A stretch of 64,000 nt of DNA from Nannocystales bacterium (GTDB taxonomy: Bacteria; Myxococcota_A; Polyangia; Nannocystales; Nannocystaceae), in contig JBOEGF010000005.1 in assembly GCA_050633305.1 (NCBI GenBank), positions 224,001-288,000 of the forward strand. The letters run 5' to 3'. Shown piece by piece: positions 7,966 through 17,421 of this stretch. The position numbers and the translations under genes are program-made. Numbering within the stretch: the stretch's first letter is position 1; each line of letters starts with the position of its first letter. Under the pieces are notes generated by a model. That model searched no databases and was not told the DNA's origin. It saw nothing but the letters and a program-made list of their open reading frames with translations.

Positions 7966-10965
7966 CTAGCGGCGCGCTCGAGCCCGATCTCGGGGGGTCC
8001 GGAGTTCCTCGAGCCATGACGCGGCTTCGCTTGGGCTGAACGTCGAGTTGGCGGGGGCGGCCTCAAGTCTCTGGAGCGCGCGCTCGAGCTGGGCGAGGCG
8101 CTCGGATGTTGTAGGATGGCCGGTTTGTCGATGTTCGATTCGGGCGCGGATGAGCGCGAGGGCGGCCTGTTCCATTTCGGCGTCGGGCACACCGTCGAGT
8201 GCTGCTTCGGCTTCCAACAGGACCTGCTCTGGGTCTTCCGCGTCAGGGTCGGTCGCTGCGAGTGATGCGGCTCCTATCCACAGGGCGGCGCGCGTGCGCT
8301 GGGGGGCGTCGATGTCTGCGAGGATTGTCAGGGCGCGCTCGATGTCCCGCTTCGCGTGGTCATACTTTCTCTGGCGGCGCCGTGCATTGGCCCGGCGGTT
8401 GAGGTCATGAGGTATCGCGAAGACCTCTCCGGCTTGGTCGCGAATCGCAAGAGCCTGGGTTGCTGCGGCTTCGGCATCAGCCCAGCGCTCGAGCTGAGCG
8501 TAGACGATTGCTCTGCCTGCGTGGAGGTATGCGAACTCAGCAGAACCAGAACTGAGCGTCGTGGTTTGAATTGCCTCAACTCGCGCGTACAGGGACAGGG
8601 CGTCCTTGAGTCGCCCCTGCTCGATGCGTAGTGTCGCGAGGTTGGTTAGTACGCGCGCCCGTTGAGTGGGGTCGACTCCGTCGAGCATCGCAACAGCGCG
8701 TTCGAGCGATTGCTGCGCGGATGTGAGGTCTCCTGAACGTTGGAGTTGGCTGGCCTCGTTCATGAGGGCGGAGACGACCCACCTGTTCTGTGGGCCATAG
8801 GATTGTTCGAATACATGACGGGCCTCGCGGGCTGCTCTTGCCGCAGCTTCAAAGTTCCCAGCTTCCGAGTAGGCATGACTGAGGTTTAGAAGCATTCCAC
8901 CCGTTTGAGGGTGGAGGGGCCCTCCGCGTTGCCGGGCCTCTTGATGCTGGGCCTCTGCCATCTGTACAGCTTTTCCTGTGTATCCAAGTCGGAGGTAGAC
9001 GGGGGTCAGGGTCTTCAGGACCGTTCGCCGCGTTGTCTCCGGTGCAAGACCTGCCTCCACGTCATCCAAGGCCCGTTCGCACCAGATACGTGCATCCCGA
9101 TACTCGCCGAGTGACTTGTGGACCAAGCATCGTAGCTTGGCGGCAGTGTTGCGTGAGGAGCCTCGGAGGAGTTCCGCCTCGGAGCGATCGACCCATTGCC
9201 ATGCCGCATCGTTTTTCTGGTCGCGAGCTGTGTTGATCGCGGCGAGGGAGGCGGCTCGTGCCGCGCGAAGGGATGAACGATGGGCGACCGCGAGTTCGTA
9301 CGCTGCCTCGCACTCGGCGACCGGCGGTTGGGTGAGGTGAAACTTCGTCATTGCGAGCGCGATTAGCCCGTCCACACGTAGGTCCCAGGGGAGTGCCTCC
9401 TGAGCCAGGAGCGTGTTGAGATGATCTTGAGCAGTCTCGTAGTCCCAGGTGGCCTTGGCGACCTCAGCCGCTGTAAGGAGTCCGAGCCCTCGTTCGCGGA
9501 TGGGCGACGGCGCAATCTCTGTGTCCACGCAGCGCGCCGAATCAGGAAGCGACCGGAATCGGGAATTCAGGCGTTCGACGTCCTTTGCACTGAGGTCGCT
9601 CGATGCCTCCAACAGCCCGTCAAGGATTCTCAGGTCCCCGGTGAGACACGCTGAGACCACCCCGGCAGCTTCGCAGAAGTGCTCTGTGGCCTTCATCCAA
9701 TCCGCTCGGTATGACGCGAGCTGGATCCCGAGCGCGGACCGAGTGTGTTCGCCGTACTCGACGTCCGCTCCCTCGATCGCAGCCGTGATCCGAGCCTGCG
9801 CCTCGGAGTCCCATACGGCGTCGAACTCCCGCTGTGCCGCTTCGGTACAGGTTTCAGCCCGCTCGGCTTGGTTGCTCTGTGTCCTTTGCAGGGGAGTCGC
9901 GGCGGCGACTGCAATCCCCACCACACCGGCCGCCGTCGCAGCAGCAGCAATCCGTCGCTGCCTCCGTCCATCGAGCGCTGATACGAGCGACGCGATGCTT
10001 CGAAACCGACGCTTTGGCGCATCTGAGAGCGCCCGTTTCAACGCTCGTGTCACCCTCGCGGGAACAAACTCGGAACGTTCCTCGCGAAAATCTCGCTCGA
10101 CGATCGCGTCATAGATCGCCGCTGTCGTTTTGGCCGCGAACGGTGGCGTTCCGTGCAGCAGTTCCCAGGCCGTCACCGCGAAGGAGAACTGGTCGCTACG
10201 CGCGGTCGCTTCTTGGCCGCGATGCTGCTCTGGCGCCATATACCGAGGCGTCCCCATGACAGCGCCGGTCCGCGTCACGGATTCGTGGTCGTGGTGTTCA
10301 GCCAGGGCGGGCCCCAACCGGTCGGGCATGCTGCGGAGCGCCAGCCCGAAGTCCACGACACGAACGCGCCCATCGTTCCCGATCAGTACGTTCGCAGGTT
10401 TGAAGTCGCGGTGAGTCATCGACACTGCATGTGCGGACGCCAGGCCATCCGCGGCCTGCTTCAGCAACCCCAACGCCTCGTTGTGTTGCGCCGCAGACTC
10501 AGGAGGGTTCGCCAGCATCCACTGCTTGAGTGTCTGCCCTTCGACCAGCTCCATCGCGAGCCAGACGCGTCCGGCGTCAATCCCCGCGCCGTAAACCTCG
10601 ACGATGTTCGGGTGGTTGAGCTGAGCGAGGGCGCGAGCTTCGCGAAGCAGGCGTTTGGCCTCGACGCTCTCGGGGTCCGCGTCGCCGTGGAGCAGCTTGA
10701 TCGCGACGCGTCGGTCGAGACGCGGGTCGATGGCCTCGAACACGCTGCCCATGCCTCCCGACCCAATGCGCCGAACGATTCTGTAGCGATCGATCGACTT
10801 CGGCAGACCGTCCGAGGTGCCGACGGGGAGGGGGGAGCCCTTCGACGCGGGCTTCCCGGTTCTCGTCTCGGTTGTGTCGTCGGTGTTGATGCCTGGAGGA
10901 TGCCATCGTCCAACGTCCAGCCGCAGCCATCGCACACGAATTCGAGGCCCAGGCGTGCGGGCCAC
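7966..10965 (-). CDS. Ser/Thr protein kinase with TM segment and TPR repeats
   Basis: IGSGGMG, VAIKLL, HRDFKPANV, DFG and GTPRYMAPE motifs; TM segment; TPRs such as GPLHPQT. Start uncertain. Confidence 0.93.
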   Translation of the reverse strand: MARTPGPRIRVRWLRLDVGRWHPPGINTDDTTETRTGKPASKGSPLPVGTSDGLPKSIDRYRIVRRIGSGGMGSVFEAIDPRLDRRVAIKLLHGDADPESVEAKRLLREARALAQLNHPNIVEVYGAGIDAGRVWLAMELVEGQTLKQWMLANPPESAAQHNEALGLLKQAADGLASAHAVSMTHRDFKPANVLIGNDGRVRVVDFGLALRSMPDRLGPALAEHHDHESVTRTGAVMGTPRYMAPEQHRGQEATARSDQFSFAVTAWELLHGTPPFAAKTTAAIYDAIVERDFREERSEFVPARVTRALKRALSDAPKRRFRSIASLVSALDGRRQRRIAAAATAAGVVGIAVAAATPLQRTQSNQAERAETCTEAAQREFDAVWDSEAQARITAAIEGADVEYGEHTRSALGIQLASYRADWMKATEHFCEAAGVVSACLTGDLRILDGLLEASSDLSAKDVERLNSRFRSLPDSARCVDTEIAPSPIRERGLGLLTAAEVAKATWDYETAQDHLNTLLAQEALPWDLRVDGLIALAMTKFHLTQPPVAECEAAYELAVAHRSSLRAARAASLAAINTARDQKNDAAWQWVDRSEAELLRGSSRNTAAKLRCLVHKSLGEYRDARIWCERALDDVEAGLAPETTRRTVLKTLTPVYLRLGYTGKAVQMAEAQHQEARQRGGPLHPQTGGMLLNLSHAYSEAGNFEAAARAAREARHVFEQSYGPQNRWVVSALMNEASQLQRSGDLTSAQQSLERAVAMLDGVDPTQRARVLTNLATLRIEQGRLKDALSLYARVEAIQTTTLSSGSAEFAYLHAGRAIVYAQLERWADAEAAATQALAIRDQAGEVFAIPHDLNRRANARRRQRKYDHAKRDIERALTILADIDAPQRTRAALWIGAASLAATDPDAEDPEQVLLEAEAALDGVPDAEMEQAALALIRARIEHRQTGHPTTSERLAQLERALQRLEAAPANSTFSPSEAASWLEELRTPRDRARARR

Positions 10966-11149
10966 GCGGTGAGCGTCGAGTTGAGCGGCTGGTTGAGCCC
11001 GAGCCGCGGGCGACGAATCTCTCGACGGACTTCCTGGCTTGTTGGGGTCTGCTCTCCTCGCGTCGTGGATGCGCCGATGCTTTTCGTGGTGTGGTTGGAG
11101 ACGGGAGGGGAGAGTCGATTCCGTCGACGTACTCTACTGCAGGACACCC

Positions 11150-11728
11150 CTAGTCGCCGTTTGCCTTGGCCGCGGCGACTTCCCAGGTCGCGAAGGCAAC
11201 ACTCGTGAGTGCACGATGAACGTGCTCAGCGTCGACCAACCGGAAGGTCAAGATCCCAAGCTTGACCTGGTCGCCGAGTTCTAGCGCGAGCCGCTGGTTC
11301 GGGCGGACTCGCTGGCCGTTGACCCAAGTGCCATTGGCCGAGCGGTGATCCCCGACGCAAAGCTTGTCGCCCGGGCCGCGCTGCACGAACGCGTGCATCT
11401 TGGAGATGAAGGACCTGCGGACCACGAGGTCGCACCCATTGGCCCGGCCGATACTCAGCCGACCGCCCGTATCCGTATTCGTAGGCCAGGTCAGCGGCAG
11501 CGCAAACCACTCTTGGACCGCCTGCTCGTCGGACCCGCCGGCAGGCACCGCGACCGTGTCGAAGTCCATGTCGTCCTCGCCGAACTCGTCGACGTCGGTG
11601 TCGGGACGCGCCAGCAGAAACAAGACGGGGAATCCCTCGGCGAACTGCAGTTGTGTGCGCGACCGGGCTTCGCGCGCGAGGGCTGTGATCTCGGTGCACG
11701 AAACGAGGGTGTCGGAGTTCGACTCCAC
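11150..11728 (-). CDS. FHA domain protein
   Basis: IGRANGCD, ISKMHA and SANGTWVNG are the FHA signature motifs. Confidence 0.92.
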   Translation of the reverse strand: MESNSDTLVSCTEITALAREARSRTQLQFAEGFPVLFLLARPDTDVDEFGEDDMDFDTVAVPAGGSDEQAVQEWFALPLTWPTNTDTGGRLSIGRANGCDLVVRRSFISKMHAFVQRGPGDKLCVGDHRSANGTWVNGQRVRPNQRLALELGDQVKLGILTFRLVDAEHVHRALTSVAFATWEVAAAKANGD

Positions 11729-12221
11729 TCACTGTGTTTTGCAAGCTTGGAGCCTCACCGCAAGGGGGGAGCTGCAAAGCCTCGACCAGCCTGCGAGAGT
11801 CCGGCCAGGACAACCATCCGTGAGTGCGCCCGGTTCCCCACGTGTACGAGCCAGTGCGACAGACGTCCCGCATCAGGACGTCGAGCCTTGGAACCGTGCG
11901 CGCTGACCAATGGGTCAGCTTTCGCGATCGGTGATGAGTGCCACACGACCCCTCATCGTCCCGTTTCGTCTCCGCGAGGGAAGACGGTCTGGTGCAGATG
12001 TTTCGATGCTCGGCGAGAATCATCAAGCGCGGTTCCGTCCTTCCCACCGCGACGCAACGAGGCCAGATGCGCTTGACGAGCAGGGCTGGTGTTCTGCCGA
12101 ACGTCGCTGGCCCTGACGGGCACGGCAAGGGGATCGCGTGTGGGCGACGACGGGGTACGGGGCCTCCCGATATCGCACTCAACCTAGGCTACGTTAATGT
12201 CGAACGGTGATCTGATCCTCG

Positions 12222-15071
12222 ATGGCGCGCGACAGCGAGACACGTGAGGCCGGGGCACCCCTCCGCGACACTCCGACAGACCCCGACACGATGGCGTTGC
12301 CCTCGCAAGAGGCCCACCAACCCGATGCTGAGCCGGGCTCGAGCGTGGGTCGCTACGTTGTGCTCGAGGAGGTCGGCCGCGGAGGGATGGGGCGAGTGCT
12401 CCGTGTCTACGACCCGACGCTGCAACGCGAGGTTGCGCTCAAGGAGGTGTTGAGTGACAAGCTCGGAAGTGACGGCACTGCGCAATTGCTCGCCGAGGCG
12501 CGAGCGATGGCGAAGCTGTCGCATCCCAACGTCGTCGCGGTCTACGATGTGGGCGAGGTGCACGGGAACCGCGTCGTGCTGGCGATGGAGTTCGTGCCCG
12601 GCGCGACACTCAAGCGCTGGCTTCGCGCCGAGTCGCGTCCGTGGCAAGACGTGGTGGAAGCGTTCATCGCGGCTGGACGTGGTCTGGCGGCCGCGCATGG
12701 TCGCGGTCTTCTACATCGAGACTTCAAGCCCGCCAACGTGTTGGTCGCCACGGACGGCGCGGTGAAGGTCACCGACTTCGGACTGGCGATTAGCAGTGTC
12801 GGTACCGCGAATCCCACCAGGCATGGCTCGGAGGACCTGGAACAGCTGGAGCAACCGGAGCACGAGGACGAGTCGCAGACCCGCGGGCTCATCCTCGTGG
12901 GGACGCCTCGTTACATGGCGCCCGAGCAACACGCGCTCGAGGACCTTACTGCGGCGGCGGACCAGTACGCGTTCTGCGTCGCGTTGTGGGAGGCGCTCAA
13001 CGGAAGGCAGCCGTTCCGGGGCAGGACGCTCGAGCGCGACAAGCGTGCGGGTCCGCCCCCATGGACCAACACTGGCGTCCCATCCGCGATTGTGGCTGCG
13101 GTTCATCGCGGTCTCTCGGCTGCACCTGCCGACCGCTTCGAAAGCATGGATGCGCTCCTGCGTGCGCTCTCGTGGGACCAGGACAAGCGGCGGCGAGGGT
13201 GGCTGCGCGCGGGTGGGGTCTTGGCGAGTCTTGGGGCCATCGCGCTCGGGGGCGGCACCTGGTTGTCGGCGCGAGCCGAGCGTTGCAGTGGAGCCCGGTC
13301 CCAACTCGACGAGGCCTGGGGCGAAGGGAGGCGGGCAGAGGTACTGGGGGCCATGAACGCGGTCGGTGCGTCCTACGTGCCCCCGATCGTCGCGCGTACC
13401 GAAAAGGAACTCGATGACTACGCTGGCCGTTGGGCGGCGATGCATACCGAGGTCTGCGAGGGCACGACGGTCCGCGGCGAGCAATCGTCGGCTGTCATGG
13501 ACCTGAGGATGGCCTGTCTGCATCGCGCAAAAACGACGCTCGAGGCGAGCACCGCCGTGCTCGCGACCGCCGATGCGAGCGTCGTGCAGAAGGCTCACCG
13601 GGTTACGGGAGGGCTCCTCGCGCTGGACCGCTGCGAAGACGTTACAGCGCTCGCCGCCGATGTCGAGCCCCCGAATGCTGGGGACGCGCCCGCGGTCGAG
13701 GCTGCGCGGCGTGAACTCGACGCGGCTCGAGCCCAGCGCGCCGCGGGCCAGTTCGACCGAGCCGAGCGTAGCGTGGCGGCGGCCGCTCGGGGGCTCGAGG
13801 GGATCGAATACGGACCCATTGTCACCGAGCTGACCCTCGAACAGGGGCTCCTCCTCGTAGGACGTGGGCAATACGATGCCGCCGAGGCCAAGCTGCGGGA
13901 GGTCGTTGCGATGGCGTCACGCTGGCAGCAGTGGGACGAACTGCGGGCGTCGACCGTCCAGCTGGTGTTCACCGTCGGCTACAGCCAACAAAAGATGGAG
14001 GCCGGCCTGCGCTACTACGACATCGCGGCGGGGCTCGGCATGGACGACCCTCGTCATGCTGCCGACGCGCAGGCCAACCTCGCGGTCATCCTGCACTCGC
14101 AGGGAAAGTTCGAGGAAGCCGAGGCCGAGCAACACGAGGTACTCACGCGGCGCATCGCGGCGTTGGGTCCGGAGCACCCCCAGGTCACGTCGAGCCGCAA
14201 CAACCTCGCCGTCATCTTCGACGCGCAGGGCAAGTACGAAGATGCCGAAGCGCAATACCAGCAGGTCATTGAGCTGCGTCGGAAGACCTTGGGTCCGGAG
14301 CACCCCGCGTTGGCGACCACCTACAACAATCTCGGCGCGGTTTGGCAGGTGCAGGGGCGCCTCGAGAAGGCCGAGGAGGCCTTTAGGACCTCGCTGGCGC
14401 TGCGGGAAAAGGGGTTCGGTCCCGACCACCCCTCGATCGGCGAGAGCCTGGGGAATCTCGGCAACATCTTGCTGCATCGCGCTCGACACGAAGAGGCGGA
14501 ACGGCTGCACCGACGAGCGTTGCAGATTCGCATCGACAGCCTAGGCCCCGAGCATCCTCTCGTCGCCCAAAGCCTCGGCAATCTATCGCAGGTCCTGATC
14601 CCGCAGGACAAGTTAGACGAGGCTCAGACACAACAACAGCGCGTGCTCGAGATCTTGCGGGCGAGCTACGGTGAGACGCACGTCGAGATCGCGCTGGCGC
14701 TGAGTACTTTGGGCCAGGTGCACGTGGCCAAGGGGGCTTTCGAGGACGCGTTGGTGCAGCTGCGAGCCTCCTTTGCCATGCGCAGGGGGCTGGTCGGGGA
14801 CGCTCATCCTGACCTCGCCGACACACACAACCAGATCGGTAAGGCGCTGACCGGCCTAGGAAAGAGTGCCGAGGCCGAGGCCGAACACCGAAAGGCGCTG
14901 CAGATCCTTGAGACCGCGATGGGCGAACAACACCCCGCGACACTCAAGACCCGGGGCATGTTGGCGGAGGCACGCGAGGCTCAGGGGAAACACGAGCAGG
15001 CGGAGCCACCGCGCCACGAGCCGCTCAACGACACGGCGCCCCGAGTTGTGGCTCGGGAAACGGGACACTGA
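12222..15071 (+). CDS. Ser/Thr protein kinase with TM segment and kinesin-light-chain-type TPR repeats
   Basis: GRGGMG, HRDFKPANV, DFG and GTPRYMAPE motifs; repeated LGPEHP..NNL units. Confidence 0.95.
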   Translation: MARDSETREAGAPLRDTPTDPDTMALPSQEAHQPDAEPGSSVGRYVVLEEVGRGGMGRVLRVYDPTLQREVALKEVLSDKLGSDGTAQLLAEARAMAKLSHPNVVAVYDVGEVHGNRVVLAMEFVPGATLKRWLRAESRPWQDVVEAFIAAGRGLAAAHGRGLLHRDFKPANVLVATDGAVKVTDFGLAISSVGTANPTRHGSEDLEQLEQPEHEDESQTRGLILVGTPRYMAPEQHALEDLTAAADQYAFCVALWEALNGRQPFRGRTLERDKRAGPPPWTNTGVPSAIVAAVHRGLSAAPADRFESMDALLRALSWDQDKRRRGWLRAGGVLASLGAIALGGGTWLSARAERCSGARSQLDEAWGEGRRAEVLGAMNAVGASYVPPIVARTEKELDDYAGRWAAMHTEVCEGTTVRGEQSSAVMDLRMACLHRAKTTLEASTAVLATADASVVQKAHRVTGGLLALDRCEDVTALAADVEPPNAGDAPAVEAARRELDAARAQRAAGQFDRAERSVAAAARGLEGIEYGPIVTELTLEQGLLLVGRGQYDAAEAKLREVVAMASRWQQWDELRASTVQLVFTVGYSQQKMEAGLRYYDIAAGLGMDDPRHAADAQANLAVILHSQGKFEEAEAEQHEVLTRRIAALGPEHPQVTSSRNNLAVIFDAQGKYEDAEAQYQQVIELRRKTLGPEHPALATTYNNLGAVWQVQGRLEKAEEAFRTSLALREKGFGPDHPSIGESLGNLGNILLHRARHEEAERLHRRALQIRIDSLGPEHPLVAQSLGNLSQVLIPQDKLDEAQTQQQRVLEILRASYGETHVEIALALSTLGQVHVAKGAFEDALVQLRASFAMRRGLVGDAHPDLADTHNQIGKALTGLGKSAEAEAEHRKALQILETAMGEQHPATLKTRGMLAEAREAQGKHEQAEPPRHEPLNDTAPRVVARETGH

Positions 15072-15139
15072 ACGAGGTCGGAGTGATACCTGAAAGGGTC
15101 TTTGGCGACTGAACCTCGCGCCGCGGAATTGCCCGATCG

Positions 15140-16660
15140 CTACTCGCCGTCGGCGGGCCCTTCGGGCTCGGCTGCTTCGCCCTTTGGCTCGGGATTGTCG
15201 ATCCGAGGCACGATCACCTCTGGTCGGTCCGGCGAATCCGCCAGGTCCCAGACGAGGTCAAAGGTCACTCTCGCCGTATTCGCCAGCGCGGTGAGAGGCA
15301 CCGACGGATCGATCGCATCCGGCCGCGTACCCCCGCGCCGAGTCAGCGTGACTCTGGGAACTCGCGGTAGGTCGAACGCGAGGTGGCCATAGCCCGGCTC
15401 GTGATCGAGCAGCTCGGCGGCGGGCACGAGTTCTTGGACCCGGTCGCCGACCGTGGAGCGATGGCCACCGATGACGGTGAGGCCCGGGGCGGTCCAGTCG
15501 AGTTCGCCGAGGTGAATCACGGCGACGATGTTCTCGGGCTCGGCGACGGTCTCGCGGGCGAGCTGTTCGAGGCCGAGGTTGCCCAGACTCCCCCCGGCCG
15601 CGGCGATGAAGACGACGGAGCGAGCGGGGACGCGGCCAGAGGCTCGGAGCAGACTGAGACGCTCGACGACGGCAAGGAGGACGGAGAGGCCTGAGCCGGC
15701 CTGTGCGGCACCACCGTCGGGGTTCGCTTCCCCGAGGCCACCGGCGTCCCAGTTGGCGGTGACGAGGACGACCTGCTCGGGCTTTCCTCTGCCCGCAACA
15801 CGGCCGACGACGTTGGAGTCCTCGAACCACCGCTCTTCGGCGGTGAACGAGACGTCGACGGTGCTTCCGGCGGTGAGCGTGGCGCGGTGAAGGGCTGCGA
15901 AGGCTTCGGCACTCACGAAGCCTTCGACGGGGAGCCCGGGTGGAGGCTCGCTTCCGAGGGCGCGGGCCTGCACCTCGACGTCTCCCCAGGAAGAGGCGGC
16001 CTGACCGAGTTCGGAGACGCCGTCGGGCGGGAGCTCGAGCAAGCAGCCGCCGGGGCGGCGGTGGGCGATGGCGTCGAAGGTGCCGCGAATCCGGGTCGCG
16101 GGGTCGGCGATTTCGTCTCCGAGCAGAGGGAGTGCACCGACAGCGAGGCGACCGGCGAGGTCGGTCTGCGGGGCGAGGGAGACGGCTTCCATCGGAAGGT
16201 GGAACTGTCCGGCGGCGCCGCGGTGTCGCAGCGAGAGGCCTTCGACAAACACGACGACCTCGGGCTTTTCCTCGCCCTCGGCGACCGGAAGGGTGATCGC
16301 GACGCGAGGCTCTTCGACGTGGATGGTGCGAATGCCGAGCTGGGTGGTCCAGCCAAAGGTCGGCGCGGAGGGGATCAAGCCGGCATCGTCGAACAGCGAG
16401 ATGACAGCGCTACTGGTCAGGGCGCCGCCCTCGGTCCCCGGACGTCGACCGCCGAGGGCCGGGTCGGTGAGGAACGCGAGGCTCCTGCGGATCGAGGCCG
16501 CCCACACGGTGGTGGGGTCGGTCTCATCGCTTTGCGAGGGAATCTCGGGGAGCGTGTCGAGGTGGTACCGAGGCGATGGCCCAGCGATGCTCTCCGGCAG
16601 CACGAGCTCGATGTTGCAGGCGAGGAGACAGGCCATCCCGAGAAGCGTGAGTCGTTTCAT
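15140..16660 (-). CDS. M28 peptidase-fold lipoprotein, apparently catalytically inactive
   Basis: Lipobox LLAC. M28 scaffold LTDPALGGRRPGTEG, SNVVGRVAG and PARSVVFIA, but the metal ligands are substituted. Confidence 0.8.
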   Translation of the reverse strand: MKRLTLLGMACLLACNIELVLPESIAGPSPRYHLDTLPEIPSQSDETDPTTVWAASIRRSLAFLTDPALGGRRPGTEGGALTSSAVISLFDDAGLIPSAPTFGWTTQLGIRTIHVEEPRVAITLPVAEGEEKPEVVVFVEGLSLRHRGAAGQFHLPMEAVSLAPQTDLAGRLAVGALPLLGDEIADPATRIRGTFDAIAHRRPGGCLLELPPDGVSELGQAASSWGDVEVQARALGSEPPPGLPVEGFVSAEAFAALHRATLTAGSTVDVSFTAEERWFEDSNVVGRVAGRGKPEQVVLVTANWDAGGLGEANPDGGAAQAGSGLSVLLAVVERLSLLRASGRVPARSVVFIAAAGGSLGNLGLEQLARETVAEPENIVAVIHLGELDWTAPGLTVIGGHRSTVGDRVQELVPAAELLDHEPGYGHLAFDLPRVPRVTLTRRGGTRPDAIDPSVPLTALANTARVTFDLVWDLADSPDRPEVIVPRIDNPEPKGEAAEPEGPADGE

Positions 16661-17421
16661 GCGTTCTCCTTGCCTGGGCGACCCAGGAGCTGACGTTCGA
16701 GGGCACGGCGGGCACCGTCGACGTCGCGGGTCGACCAGGTCTGAACGGCGAGCACCCAGCCCCGGTCGGACTCGGTGAGGGTGGGCCGAGACCCACCTCG
16801 ACGGAAGGGACTGACGTGCGCGAGCCGAAGCAGCATCTCGCGGGCTTCGGGGCTGGCCGCCGCCTCCGCGGGAAGGACGATCTCGACTGGGGCGGCCTGC
16901 TGCTCACGTCCGACCTGGATGGTGTGCGCCAGGACCTCCCGGTTTGGCACGGAGAGCGTTCCGCCGTCTCCGGCTCGAATCGCGGTCCGCAGCAAACCGA
17001 TGTGACGAACGGACCCGACCGCGCTCGGTAGGCGCACCTGATCGCCTTCCCGGAAGCGCGAGCGGTTGGCCAGTGCAGCGCCCGCGGCGAAGTCTCGCAC
17101 CCAGTCGGGCAGGGCGATGGCCACGACGAGGAACAGCACAGCGAGGCTCAGCCACGTGATGATCGGCGCTGGGAGCACCAGCTTGCGTACGACCAGTAGG
17201 CCGAACACTGCGATGAGGGTGATGTCGGAGATCGAACGCAGTCGGGCCAGCCGGCGCGTCCGATCCCAGCCGAGGCGCCAGATGACACGGGTCCCAGAAA
17301 GCAGGGCTCGGCGAGCCACCCAGACCAGTACGAGCAGGAGCGCTACGGACAGAACGAATCGTGCATTGAGCACGCCGTGAATGGCAGCGATCTCGACGAG
17401 GATCCGGCCGGTGAAGGTCAT
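16657..17421 (-). CDS. Small-conductance mechanosensitive channel (MscS family)
   Basis: Three TM segments, DFAAG, FREGDQV, GSVRHIGLLRT and SVPN motifs. Confidence 0.88.
   Translation of the reverse strand: MTFTGRILVEIAAIHGVLNARFVLSVALLLVLVWVARRALLSGTRVIWRLGWDRTRRLARLRSISDITLIAVFGLLVVRKLVLPAPIITWLSLAVLFLVVAIALPDWVRDFAAGAALANRSRFREGDQVRLPSAVGSVRHIGLLRTAIRAGDGGTLSVPNREVLAHTIQVGREQQAAPVEIVLPAEAAASPEAREMLLRLAHVSPFRRGGSRPTLTESDRGWVLAVQTWSTRDVDGARRALERQLLGRPGKENA

Noticed and set aside
14160..14960. Periodic GGTCCGGAGCACCCC-like repeats as a CRISPR or DNA repeat array
   Set aside because: They are coding 42-aa TPR units (LGPEHP) within the kinase.
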